Below are positions 48,501 to 57,222 of a DNA stretch of 64,000 bases, piece after piece. The position numbers and the translations under genes were made by a program. Positions within the stretch are counted from its first letter, which is position 1. Each line of letters opens with the position of its first letter. The notes below the pieces were generated by a model. That model did no database searches and was not told the DNA's origin. It saw nothing but the letters and a program-made list of their open reading frames with translations. This DNA comes from Candidatus Eiseniibacteriota bacterium. GTDB taxonomy: Bacteria > Eisenbacteria > RBG-16-71-46. The DNA lies in assembly GCA_963717935.1 (NCBI GenBank), contig CAVQXP010000004.1, forward strand, positions 576,001 to 640,000. The letters run 5' to 3'.

Positions 48501-48863
48501 GCCGGGCTCGTCCTCGACCAGTCCCCTGAACAGCGTGAGGTCGGGCTGCCAGGGCACCGGGCCGTGCTCCCCGCTCAGCGTGACCGTTGCCCCCGGGGCG
48601 AGCACCTCGAAGCGCTGGAGTACGAGCGTGAGCGTCGAGCCGTCGGCCAGCGGCAGGTCGAGGCGGCCGGCGTCCTGGAGCCGGAAGCGGCGCAGCGCCT
48701 CGCGGTCCACCGTGGCGGCCGCGGACCCGCGCGGGGTGGCCACCGGGACCGCGGCCGTCTGGCGGCGGAAGACACCGGCGGAAGCGCCGGTCTGCGCGCG
48801 GACCGGCGCGCTCACGAGGAGCCCGGCGAGGATGGCGAGCAGGAGCGCGCGGGATCGCTTCAT
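45585..48863 (-). CDS. Exported M12 (reprolysin-like) metallopeptidase with seven FG-GAP repeats and T9SS/FlgD-like C-terminus
   Basis: HELGHNFSSQH zinc motif, TIMSY Met-turn, seven (G/A)DF/W-x-DG..DLAV repeats, signal peptide MKRSRALL. Confidence 0.88.
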   Translation of the reverse strand: MKRSRALLLAILAGLLVSAPVRAQTGASAGVFRRQTAAVPVATPRGSAAATVDREALRRFRLQDAGRLDLPLADGSTLTLVLQRFEVLAPGATVTLSGEHGPVPWQPDLTLFRGLVEDEPGSLAVIAMTSSQVTGWVERAAGRLIVAPLDETGGGHVIADEASLPAPPAVAFLCPSDELQGDGPEPPAGLPALPADVQATTARLVCDLALDCDYEFFVKEGSDATRAVNYALVLLGTTSAIYEREVNVELRTSYLNVWTTPADPYSATTLSPALTEFQTWWIDNRADVTRDLAQLVSGRALGGGIAWVGALCSTTYGYSVISNLNGNNPYPSAVTTWDINVMAHELGHNFSSQHTHSCWWQLHGYAPAGALLDSCYTAEGSCYTGVVGIVPADLGTIMSYCHLIGGEGSIRLDFHPACRSVMRDAAEHANCFAAAVIQPPSDLAVATDSAGASLTWTASPTAGVLRYDVYRSPWPQDLAPVLIGTTTGAGLADLAIGAFWYKVKAMCSTDSSAFCGEVRSVVCGPAAPVAYAVGSSPTACLSADFDEDGILDLAVANFVGNTVSILRGQGLDGTGDGTFATAVPCALPAGSFPVALASGDFNGDGILDLAVADEEAAGVSLLFGQGTGGAGTGTFTVGPKLAVGANPWAIAVGDFDADGIPDLAVACGSGKVSVLIGRGSDGVPDGTFALAVHYTIGTAVYAITTGDFDSNGIIDLAVAGGAGVNVLPGLGTDGRGNGTFGAKTTYVCQSTPFGVTTGDFDADGITDLAVANSGSGSISILLGSGADGQGDGSFLPPVHYACGASPYAIVVGDWNGDGVPDLAVPNSSTTNTVSILTGRASGGRPDGTFATPQAFAAGTQARALASGDFDHDGMADFAVANSAVSGTVSVLLASCPSPLPMALQVTVPAGGEQWITGTQRTLAWTRSAGILAVDVALSRDGGANWQTLARSVTDTSWTWNVTGPYTAQARVRVADPAVPGHAAVNDSNFTIIPAALLGAGVTAPAGLALRGVWPNPTHGTAHVWLTLAGDQPARLELLDLAGRRVHALELGGLGPGLHRVDLAEARSLRPGLYLLRLSQAGRRATGKLIVTR

Positions 48864-48877
48864 GGGTCTTCCCTGGT

Positions 48878-51508
48878 CTACCGGACGACGGTCACGCGGG
48901 TGGTGAGGCTCCTGTGTCCCCGGGTCAGACGGATGAGATAGACGCCGGGCTCGAGGGCCAGACCCTCGGAGACGTTCACCAGGTGCTCGCCGGCGCCCGC
49001 CACCGGTTGCTCGCCCAGCCGGCGGCCGGTCACGTCGAGCAACTCGAGCGTGGCGGGCGCGTCGTCGGGCAGTGCCAGCGAGACGAACACGTCGTGCGAG
49101 GCGGGGTTGGGACGGGCGCCGCGCAGGGCGAAGGCCGACGACACCGAAACCACGGGCACGTCCACCCAGGCCTCGCTCGTCGTGTACTGCGTCGCATCCT
49201 CGAGCCATGCCAGCCGGTAGGCGTAACGGCTGCCGGGCGACACCGTGGTGTCCGCGAAGGATAGACTCCCGGCGCCGTCGCTCGTGGGCTCGCCGATCGT
49301 GACGAAGTCCGTGGCGGTCTCGCGGCGCTCGACCGTGGGGGTGAGCACCACGTGCCCGGCGGTGTTCCAGGTCAGGGTCACGCGCTCGGGAGTGGCCTCG
49401 ACGTTCGTGAGCGCGACCTCGCCCGGCGCGGTCAGCAGCGGCACCGTGACGGCGTAGATGTCGGAGTCGGCGTTGCGCCCGTCGGCCCAGGCCGCGTACA
49501 GGTTCGAGTGGTTCGCGAACAGCGATAGGTAGTCGCCCTGGTTCGGCGCGATATTGCTGCCGACGTTGGTCCAGTCCGTCCGTGCCGCGCTGAGGGCGCC
49601 GACCAGGGTCCAGGTGCCGCCGTTGTCGTCCGAGCGCGACAGGCAGACGTTCGAGCCACCGCCGCAGATCGAGGCCGATTCACGCCAGTCGTACCAGAGG
49701 CAGTAGGGCCTGTTGTCGGTGTTGCTTCCGCCCACGGCCACCTCGGGGAGCCAGTCGTCGTAGCCGGCGGGGCTGTCGCTCGCCCGCGCGGGCGTGGACC
49801 AGGTCGTGCCGCCGTCCGACCAGGCCACGAACACGTCGCGGTGGTCGCGCGCGCGCTCGCCCGCCGTGGGGGTGTCGAGGCCCGTGACGATCCGGTAGGA
49901 GCCCGTGCTGCTGCCGTCCCACGAGGCGCAGCGCAGGTAGTAGGTGCCGCCCACGGGCAGCGTGAAACAGAGGAAGTTGTTCTGCCCCGTGCCGGGCGCA
50001 GAGAGGGCGAGGCGGGTCGTGCCGTCGCTGCAGAAGAGCCGCAGCGACATGCTGAGCGAGGAGGTGATGGAGTCGGCGTAGAACAGGATCGTCTGGCCCG
50101 CCGTGCCGTCGAACCGGAAGTAGTCGAAGTCCGAGGGCGACGAGACGGAGCCCCTCACGATCTTGCCGGGGGTGAACGCGTCCGCCGTGGCTGGCACGCT
50201 GTTGTCCTCCGTCTCGGAGACGGAGCCGGTCCCGCCCATCGCGTCGTCGTAGAAGTCGATGGACTCGTTCCACGCCAGGTAGACGCGGCCGCGGCGCGTC
50301 CCGGCCGAACGGTCCACCGCGATCGAGGGGTAGGTGAGGCCGGTGCCGCGGTTGAATCCGGGCGCGCCGCTGCCCCAGTTCGAGTAGGCCGAGGCCGCGT
50401 TGACGGCCGGGCTGAAGGTCGCGCCCTGGTCCGTGGACTTGCGGATCTTCATGTAGTCCACGTCCACCGTGCCGATGGAGTACCAGGCGACGTAGACCTC
50501 GCCGCCCGGGCCGACCGTGGGGCGGGAGCCCTGCACGAGGTTGGATTCGCTCTCGGAGGACAGGCGTTGCGGGCTGCCCCAGCTCGTGCCGCCCACGGAC
50601 GAGCGCTGGAAGACGATGGTGTCCCCGACCGTGCTGAAGACGGTGTAGGAGAGATAGAGCCGGCCGCTGAGCGAGTCCGCCGCGAGCCAGGGCTTGTCGA
50701 ACAGGATCGAGGAGCTGTAGCCGGAGCGCACCAGCGCGGGCGCGCTCCACTGCACGGTGCCGGCCTCGAAGCGCGCCCTCACCAGCGCGATGCCGTTCCT
50801 CGTGAGGTTGTCATCCACCAGGGCGCAGAACCAAAAATCACCCGTCTTCTCGTTCACCGCGACGAGCGGGTCGCTGGCCCATCGCCAGCCCGCCGGCACC
50901 GGCGGAGCGCCGCCGTCCGTGTAGGTGGCCCCGCCGTCCACCGAGTAGCCGTAGCCCTGCGTGCTCGTGTACGGCCCGGTCGTGAACCCCAGCCCGTCGT
51001 TCCAGGCGATCAGGATGTTCGAGTCCTGCGCGGCGGTCATCTGCTCGGCCTGCCCGACGTAGGAGTAGGGGGCGTCCTGCGTGCGGTCGTTGACGAGCAC
51101 GTCGGGGACCAGCGCCACCGTGGCTCGCGCGGGCAGAGCCGTCCGCGTGGCCGACGCCAGCGTGTCCGGACCCTGGGGGCCACCGGCTTCGTTCCAGTCG
51201 CCCCGCCGCCGGACCCCGGCGCCGGGCCGCACCTGCTCGGGGTGCTTGCGGGCCAGCCGGGTGAGCGCCTTCGCCCGCGCCATGCGCTGGCGGGCGCCCT
51301 GGAGGAGGAGTCGCTGCTGCAAGCGCTTGAGCGCGGGGGCATACGAGGAGACCTTCGCCCCGGTCTCGGGCCGGGAGTCCTGGCCAGGGGCCGCGGCGCG
51401 GGCCGCAGGCGGCCCGGCGACTGCGGCAGGGAGCATGGAGGACGCGAGCGCCAGCGCGAGCACGAACGCTGCGCGGAGGGCGGCGGAATGGCGCAGACAC
51501 GGTGACAT
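48878..51508 (-). CDS. Exported BNR/sialidase-like beta-propeller protein, paralog of 42655..45339
   Basis: Asp-boxes SVDGGATY, STDQGATF and SDDNGGTW; shared SDP..VNEKTG, VQGSRPTVGP, PGFNR and APN.GDY. Confidence 0.82.
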   Translation of the reverse strand: MSPCLRHSAALRAAFVLALALASSMLPAAVAGPPAARAAAPGQDSRPETGAKVSSYAPALKRLQQRLLLQGARQRMARAKALTRLARKHPEQVRPGAGVRRRGDWNEAGGPQGPDTLASATRTALPARATVALVPDVLVNDRTQDAPYSYVGQAEQMTAAQDSNILIAWNDGLGFTTGPYTSTQGYGYSVDGGATYTDGGAPPVPAGWRWASDPLVAVNEKTGDFWFCALVDDNLTRNGIALVRARFEAGTVQWSAPALVRSGYSSSILFDKPWLAADSLSGRLYLSYTVFSTVGDTIVFQRSSVGGTSWGSPQRLSSESESNLVQGSRPTVGPGGEVYVAWYSIGTVDVDYMKIRKSTDQGATFSPAVNAASAYSNWGSGAPGFNRGTGLTYPSIAVDRSAGTRRGRVYLAWNESIDFYDDAMGGTGSVSETEDNSVPATADAFTPGKIVRGSVSSPSDFDYFRFDGTAGQTILFYADSITSSLSMSLRLFCSDGTTRLALSAPGTGQNNFLCFTLPVGGTYYLRCASWDGSSTGSYRIVTGLDTPTAGERARDHRDVFVAWSDGGTTWSTPARASDSPAGYDDWLPEVAVGGSNTDNRPYCLWYDWRESASICGGGSNVCLSRSDDNGGTWTLVGALSAARTDWTNVGSNIAPNQGDYLSLFANHSNLYAAWADGRNADSDIYAVTVPLLTAPGEVALTNVEATPERVTLTWNTAGHVVLTPTVERRETATDFVTIGEPTSDGAGSLSFADTTVSPGSRYAYRLAWLEDATQYTTSEAWVDVPVVSVSSAFALRGARPNPASHDVFVSLALPDDAPATLELLDVTGRRLGEQPVAGAGEHLVNVSEGLALEPGVYLIRLTRGHRSLTTRVTVVR

Positions 51509-51678
51509 GTTGGAAGTCCTTCTCGGGGCGTGGTGATCGGGGCCCCGCGCACGTCCCTGTCGAGGGAGAACTGGCCTGGGATTCGCGGCGCCCCGTCCTT
51601 CCGGATGGCGAAGGCGCCCATGCTGCTCACGCAGGTCGATTTTCGCACCCCCCGGGGTGGGAGTCCACCCGGCCGGTC

Positions 51679-53484
51679 TCAGGGACGCCGCGGGGCCGGG
51701 GCGCCCGTCCCGGCGCTGTCTGCACTCGTGCTGTCGGTGGGGGACAGCGCTTCACGCGCATGACCGCGCAGCGTGACGCTCAACGAATCGGCCGGCGGCA
51801 GCAGCGCGGGGTCGAGCCAGCCCCTGGCGATCATGGCGCGGCCGATGAAGTGCATCTGCGCGCGCTCGAAGGGGCGCAGCGAGCCGTCGGGGGCGAAGCG
51901 GTACCGCCACTTCGTGGGCGCCGGCACCACCGTGGCGAGGAAGAGCGCCTCGTCCACCGTGACGCGTGCCGGATCCTTGTCGAAGTAATAGCGCGTGGCC
52001 TCGGCTGCGCCGTGGACGTCGGGGCCCCACTCGATGATGTTCAGGTAGATCTCGAGCAGGCGGCGCTTCGAGGCGCCTGTCAGGTGTTCCAGCACCCAGG
52101 CCAGCACCACTTCCTGCGCCTTGCGGGAGAGCGTGCGCGCGTGGCCGAGCCACAGGTTGCGCACCAGTTGCATGGTGACGGTGCCCGCGCCACGGCGCCA
52201 GGCGCCCGCCTTCACGTTGAAGGCGATGGCGAGCCTGATGGCGTCGGTGTTGAAGCCGCGGTGGCGGAAGAAGCCGCCGTCCTCGTTCGTGAGCACCGCG
52301 TGGACCAGGGCCGAGTCGATGTCCTCGAGCGGGCGGAAGAAGGGATTCAGCGACGACATCTCACGGGTGACCAGGCGCTCGTGCGGCAGGTGGATGGTGG
52401 CCAGGAAGGGCTGCTCGAGCCCGAATAGATCGAGCGTGGTGCGCGCCGGGTCGAGGAACAGCCCGTGGGGGATGACGTCGGCCTCGAAGCGGACGCTGTC
52501 GGGACGCGCGAGGTCGAGGTCGAGCGCGAACCGGTAGTCGAAGGAGCCGCGCACGGCGAGCCCGGGGAGCGGGCCGAGCATCTGGCGCGGCACGCTCGCC
52601 AGGACGCGGCCTTCGGTGATGCCGTCGGCGGCAAGACGGAGGGTGAGCCGGGGGCCGTGCCGCTCGAGCGAGCCACCGAGCAGGACCGGGAGCCGTCCGA
52701 GGGAGACTCGCGTCGAGTCGGCGAGCCGGAGCACGCCCGCGCGGCGGTCCTGCGCGAGCACGCCGTCCACGGTGATGCGCAGGCTCTCGTCCGGACCGCC
52801 CGCAAGATCGCCGAGGGTCAGTACGGCCCCGCCCGTGAGCCGGTCGTCGTGCCCGTAGGAAAGTCCCACCTCGAAGGAGGCCTCGTGCTCGAGGTCGAGC
52901 GCCCCGGCCGCGCGCAGGCGCATGCCGCCGGGAGCGTGGTCGAGCGAGAGCCACGCGAGTCGCCCGCCGCGGAACGGGCTCTCGTCCGACGCCGCGGCGA
53001 CCACGAGGTCGCGCACCTCGAGGCGTGGCAGCCGTCGCGCGGGCGCGAGCAGCAGGCCCGCGAGCGACTCGGCCGCGTGGCGCAACCTCGCGGCGCGCGG
53101 CGTGACGGCGACGGGGGGGGCTTCTTCGGGACCGAGTGTGTCGGGCCGGCTCGCCGGGCGCGACAGGAGGCGCAGGCGCGCGTGGGCGACCACGATCTCG
53201 GTGGCACGGGGGTGGAAGAAGACGACTGACGCGGGATCCAGCGCGACGGCGATGGAGTCGGCCGTGACGAGCGTGTCACCCCGGGCGCGTTCACGGACGA
53301 CGATCCCGTGCAGTCCGGCGCGCAGGGGGAAGCGCACGTGCAGGCGATCCCAGCGGACCGTGCACCCGCGCTGACCAGCGACGTGCCGCAGCCCCCAGGA
53401 GATCGCGGCGGGCGCCAGGAGGCGCGCGGCGCCAAGCACGGCAAGCAGGACGGCGGCGGCGATCCAGAGGCGTTGCGTGCGCAT
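51679..53484 (-). CDS. Monofunctional peptidoglycan transglycosylase (GT51) with long N-terminal region
   Basis: EDGGFFRHRG, GAGTVTMQLVRN, RKAQE, KRRLLEIYLN and YF.K; no transpeptidase domain. Confidence 0.88.
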   Translation of the reverse strand: MRTQRLWIAAAVLLAVLGAARLLAPAAISWGLRHVAGQRGCTVRWDRLHVRFPLRAGLHGIVVRERARGDTLVTADSIAVALDPASVVFFHPRATEIVVAHARLRLLSRPASRPDTLGPEEAPPVAVTPRAARLRHAAESLAGLLLAPARRLPRLEVRDLVVAAASDESPFRGGRLAWLSLDHAPGGMRLRAAGALDLEHEASFEVGLSYGHDDRLTGGAVLTLGDLAGGPDESLRITVDGVLAQDRRAGVLRLADSTRVSLGRLPVLLGGSLERHGPRLTLRLAADGITEGRVLASVPRQMLGPLPGLAVRGSFDYRFALDLDLARPDSVRFEADVIPHGLFLDPARTTLDLFGLEQPFLATIHLPHERLVTREMSSLNPFFRPLEDIDSALVHAVLTNEDGGFFRHRGFNTDAIRLAIAFNVKAGAWRRGAGTVTMQLVRNLWLGHARTLSRKAQEVVLAWVLEHLTGASKRRLLEIYLNIIEWGPDVHGAAEATRYYFDKDPARVTVDEALFLATVVPAPTKWRYRFAPDGSLRPFERAQMHFIGRAMIARGWLDPALLPPADSLSVTLRGHAREALSPTDSTSADSAGTGAPAPRRP

Positions 53485-53556
53485 GGCGCGGTGGACTCTA
53501 CCCGCTCGGCGAAGGCCGGACCAACGGAGCCGCGGCGGCACGAGGCCGGGTTCCGC

Positions 53557-53922
53557 TCACTCCCCCCGGTACGTGCAGCGCGCCGTGCAGGTCTCGTGCA
53601 CGGTGATGGCGGCCAATCCGGGCAGCCGCTGGACGAAGCGGTGCCACAGCCAGCCGCACAGCACCTCGGAGGTGGCGTTCTCGAGCCCGGGCACGTCGTT
53701 CAGCGTGCGGTGGTCCAGTTCACCCTGGAGGACGGGCTCCACGATGGCCGTGATGCCGGCGTAATCCACGAGCCAGCCGGTCTCCGCGTCCACCTCGCCC
53801 GCCACCGTGATCTCGATGCGGAACGAGTGCCCGTGCAGGCGGTGGCACTTGTGGTCGGGCGGCACCATCGGCAGGCGATGCGCCGCTTCGAAGCGGAACT
53901 CCTTGGTCAGCTCGACACGCAT
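53557..53922 (-). CDS. queD: 6-carboxy-5,6,7,8-tetrahydropterin synthase
   Basis: FEAAHRL...KCHRLHGHS, LDH..LN, ENATSE and VHET. Confidence 0.95.
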   Translation of the reverse strand: MRVELTKEFRFEAAHRLPMVPPDHKCHRLHGHSFRIEITVAGEVDAETGWLVDYAGITAIVEPVLQGELDHRTLNDVPGLENATSEVLCGWLWHRFVQRLPGLAAITVHETCTARCTYRGE

Positions 53923-53924
53923 GG

Positions 53925-54644
53925 TCAGGTCCGGGAAGAGGGCTCGAGGCCCGGGGCGTCCGTCGCGTAGCGCACGGGGTCGGGCACGCCGGCCTCGCGA
54001 AAGCCCTTCAGGCGCAGCCGGCAGGCGTCGCAGCGCCCGCAGGCCGCACCGTCGGGGGCAGGATCGTAGCAGGTGTGGGTGAGCGAGTAGTCGAGCCCGA
54101 GCGAGCGCCCGAGGCGGATCACGCCCGCCTTGTCGAGGTTCATGAGCGGGGTGTGCACGGTGAAGGCCGCGCCCCCCGCGCCGGCGCGTGTGGCGAGGTT
54201 CGCGAGGGCCTCGAAGGCGCGCACGAACTCGGGACGGCAGTCCGGGTAGCCGGAGTAGTCGAGCGCGTTCATGCCGGCCACGAGGTCGTGCGCGCCGAGC
54301 GTCTCCGCCAGGGCGAGGGCGAGCCCCAGCAGCACGGTGTTGCGCGCGGGCACGTAGGTGACGGGGATGTCCGCGCCCATCGTGCGCTCGTCGCGGTCGC
54401 GCGGGACCTCGAGGTCGGCGGTCAGGGCCGAGCCCCCGATCGCGCGCAGGTCCAGCCGGAGTTCGCGGTGCCCGGCCGACCCGAGGGCCCGCGCCACGCG
54501 CCGCGCGGCTTCCAGTTCCACGCGATGACGCTGGCCGTAGTCCACGGCGAGCGTCCAGCACTCGAAGCCCTGGCCGCGCGCCCAGGCGAGGCAGGTGGAG
54601 GAATCGAGACCGCCCGAGAGCAGCACGACCGCGCGCCCGCTCAC
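53925..54644 (-). CDS. queC: 7-cyano-7-deazaguanine synthase
   Basis: [32 protein letters not shown] and [10 protein letters not shown]. Confidence 0.96.
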   Translation of the reverse strand: MSGRAVVLLSGGLDSSTCLAWARGQGFECWTLAVDYGQRHRVELEAARRVARALGSAGHRELRLDLRAIGGSALTADLEVPRDRDERTMGADIPVTYVPARNTVLLGLALALAETLGAHDLVAGMNALDYSGYPDCRPEFVRAFEALANLATRAGAGGAAFTVHTPLMNLDKAGVIRLGRSLGLDYSLTHTCYDPAPDGAACGRCDACRLRLKGFREAGVPDPVRYATDAPGLEPSSRT

Positions 54645-54654
54645 GCCGGATCCT

Positions 54655-55314
54655 TCACACGCCCCGCCTCGCGCCCCACAGCCACACGTGGAGGCGCGGC
54701 GAGAGCCGGAAGCCGTGGCGCTTGCAGACCTCGGAGAGCGCCACCGCGCGGTCACGCAACCCGTCGTCGGTGTAGCCCTCGGGCATGAGCAGGACGCGCC
54801 CGGCCGGGATGGCGTTCTCCTCGATGAGGCGCAGCGCATCGGCCTCGTCGGGCGCTTCGCCCACGACGATCTTGAACGTGGCGTTGGGCTCGGCGAGCCA
54901 GGCGGCGGTGTGCCGCCAGGTCCGTTCCCAGAGCGGCGTGGCCCGGGGCAGCTTGGGCGAGACGTTCCACAGCAATTGCTCGTGCGAGAACGGTGGCGGC
55001 AGCACGCCGGCGGTCTCGACCTCGATCCGCTCCCAGCGCTCGATCGCGCGCTCGAGGAGCGGGACCAGGGCCGGCGTCTCGAGCGGTTCGCCGCCGGTGA
55101 CGACCAGCAGCGACGCGGCGCCGAGCGCGCGCAATTCCTCGAGCAGCAGGTCGGGCTCGCACTCGCGCCCGCCCGTGGCGTCCCATGAGTATTTCGTGTC
55201 GCACCAGCTGCAGCCGACCGAGCAACCCTGCAGGCGCAGGAAATGCGCCGGCACGCCGGCCGAGGGTCCCTCGCCCTGGAGCGAGAGGAAGGTCTCGCTC
55301 ACGCGCACCGTCAC
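54655..55314 (-). CDS. queE: 7-carboxy-7-deazaguanine synthase (radical SAM)
   Basis: [32 protein letters not shown] and PRLHVWLWG. Confidence 0.94.
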   Translation of the reverse strand: MTVRVSETFLSLQGEGPSAGVPAHFLRLQGCSVGCSWCDTKYSWDATGGRECEPDLLLEELRALGAASLLVVTGGEPLETPALVPLLERAIERWERIEVETAGVLPPPFSHEQLLWNVSPKLPRATPLWERTWRHTAAWLAEPNATFKIVVGEAPDEADALRLIEENAIPAGRVLLMPEGYTDDGLRDRAVALSEVCKRHGFRLSPRLHVWLWGARRGV

Positions 55315-55325
55315 GGCCGGCGCGC

Positions 55326-55508
55326 TCAGTGTCCGGCCCCGCGGTTCAGGTCGAACTCCTTGTGGCAGTTGAAGCACTTCCAGTGGTAGGCGGGCTGGAC
55401 GGCGGGCCACGCGACGTAGTCGTTGCGGCCGCAACCGGGACACGAGATGCGGGTGCGCTCGGTCTTACCGTGGGCGGCGAGCGAGTCCTGCGAGATCTCC
55501 TGCGTCAT
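55326..55508 (-). CDS. Small zinc-ribbon protein (60 aa)
   Basis: CPGCG...CFNC motif pair; ends 11 nt before queE. Confidence 0.7.
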   Translation of the reverse strand: MTQEISQDSLAAHGKTERTRISCPGCGRNDYVAWPAVQPAYHWKCFNCHKEFDLNRGAGH

Positions 55509-55626
55509 GGATCGTCCGGGATCGGGGTAGGACGGCGCGGCGAGGGCGAACGCGGGAGTATAGGCGCGCGGCGAGGCGGGGCCGGGGAGAAGGCGGGGCG
55601 GCGTGCCAGGAGGCGTTACCCACACG

Positions 55627-55716
55627 CTCGCCCTTCGCCCCTGGCCGCACCCCGCCGCGTGCTCTGCGGGGCCCTCGCCCTTCGCCCCTGGCTGGACCCC
55701 GCCGCCTGCATGCGGG
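55627..55716. repeat. Imperfect tandem duplication, period 47 bp
   Basis: ctcgcccttcgcccctggc(cgc/tgg)accccgccgc at 55627 and 55674. Confidence 0.7.
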
Positions 55717-55757
55717 TCGGCGGTTCCGCGCTCCGCCGGGCCCGGAGGTCGGGGCGG

Positions 55758-57125
55758 CTACCCGGCACCGCCGGGGCGGTCCACGTCGGTCCACGCGGCA
55801 CCGTCGGGGATCCGGGTCTCGGCCGGGAGCCCGCGCGAATCGCGCAACTTCCAGGCCGCGCGCACGCCCACGAGGCCGGCGACCGCGCACAACGCGAACA
55901 ACAGCGGGGCGTTGAGCCAGTCCACGAGCGCCCCACCCAGCATCGGCAGCAGCATGGTGGGTCCGAGGAAGGTGTTGATGAGCCCGACGAAGGCCTGGCG
56001 GCGGCCGGGTGGGGCGAGCAGCAGCATGAGACTCGAGTACCCGACGCTGATCGCGCTCTGTGCCGCACCACCCAGGCTGACCACCGCCTCGAGGGCGAGC
56101 ACGGCGGCGCCGGCCGGGATCCAGCCCAGTCCCCAGGGCGAGGCGACGGCGATCGCGGCCGCCGCCAACGGCAGCGCGCTGCAGGCCGCCGCGCCGATGC
56201 GCAGCAGCACGCGGTCGCCGTGGCGGACCGAGAGGCGGTGCCAGAGCAGGTTGGAGAGCACGAACCCGGCCATGCGCACCAGCAGGAACGTGCCGGCGGT
56301 GCGCGCGCTGCCGCCCAGTTCGTGCACGGCGAACAGCACGATGAAGGGCGCCGACGCGAACCACACCGAGAGCGTGGCGCGCGCGACCAGCAGGCGGCGG
56401 AAGTGCGCGTCGTGCGCGAGCATGGAGAGGCCCTCGCGCAGCATGCCGAGCGGGCCCGCGGTCTCGGGGGACGGCGCGGCGGCGGGCTCGTGGATGGATG
56501 AGAAGAGCCCGTAGCCGAGCGAGACGAGCAGGGCGGCGATGGCGAAGAGCAGCGCGAAGCGCGGCGCATCCGTCCCGCCCTGGAGCAACTGGCGCACGAA
56601 CAGGCCGGCGGCCGCGGCGAACAGGCCACCCCAGAACAGGCGCAGCGCCCAGTAGGCCCCGAGCCGCGAGCGCGGCACGGTCTTGCCGACCACCTCCATG
56701 AACGGGACCGCGGCAAGCCCCGAGCTGAACGCGTAGGCGCCGTAGCAGGACAGGAATGTGGCGAGCAGCGCCCGCGGGTGGGCCGCAAGGGGGACGATGA
56801 ACAGGGCGAGCAGCGTGAAGGCCAGGCCGCGCACGACGGCGGCGAGACGGTAGAGCCCGAGCGAGCGCGGCCGCCGCGAGAGGAACGGGACCGTGGCGAA
56901 CTGCGGCAGGAACCAGCCGAGGTCCGGCAGTGCGGCGCTGAAGCCGATGAGAGCGTTCGAGGTCGTGAGCTTCGAGAGGAACACCGGGATGACGGTGTTC
57001 GCGTCCACGAAGCCCTCGCCACCCTGGTAGAGCGCGCCGTTCCAGACACCGAGCCGGAAGGAACGGCGGCGCTCGGATCCGGAGGTGCCGGCGACGGGGT
57101 CGGGCGCGGCGGTGGGCGGGTCCAT
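55758..57125 (-). CDS. MFS transporter
   Basis: About 12 TM helices; P..RLG.YW and G.R..LR loop motifs. Confidence 0.85.
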   Translation of the reverse strand: MDPPTAAPDPVAGTSGSERRRSFRLGVWNGALYQGGEGFVDANTVIPVFLSKLTTSNALIGFSAALPDLGWFLPQFATVPFLSRRPRSLGLYRLAAVVRGLAFTLLALFIVPLAAHPRALLATFLSCYGAYAFSSGLAAVPFMEVVGKTVPRSRLGAYWALRLFWGGLFAAAAGLFVRQLLQGGTDAPRFALLFAIAALLVSLGYGLFSSIHEPAAAPSPETAGPLGMLREGLSMLAHDAHFRRLLVARATLSVWFASAPFIVLFAVHELGGSARTAGTFLLVRMAGFVLSNLLWHRLSVRHGDRVLLRIGAAACSALPLAAAAIAVASPWGLGWIPAGAAVLALEAVVSLGGAAQSAISVGYSSLMLLLAPPGRRQAFVGLINTFLGPTMLLPMLGGALVDWLNAPLLFALCAVAGLVGVRAAWKLRDSRGLPAETRIPDGAAWTDVDRPGGAG

Positions 57126-57222
57126 GGAGCCGGGGAGGATGGCTCCGGGAGCCGGCGCTGCGCAAACGAAACCCGGCGCCCCGGCCCTTTCGGGACGGCC
57201 GCGCCGGGGCGCCACCGCCAGA

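Noticed and set aside
53557..55314. Dpd-type DNA modification or defence island
   Set aside because: No dpdA/tgt-like gene, nuclease or mobility gene adjacent, and composition matches the flanks; housekeeping queuosine synthesis is simpler.
55326..55508. CFNCH as a heme c binding site
   Set aside because: No signal peptide, and it is paired with CPGCG, so a cytoplasmic zinc ribbon is more likely.
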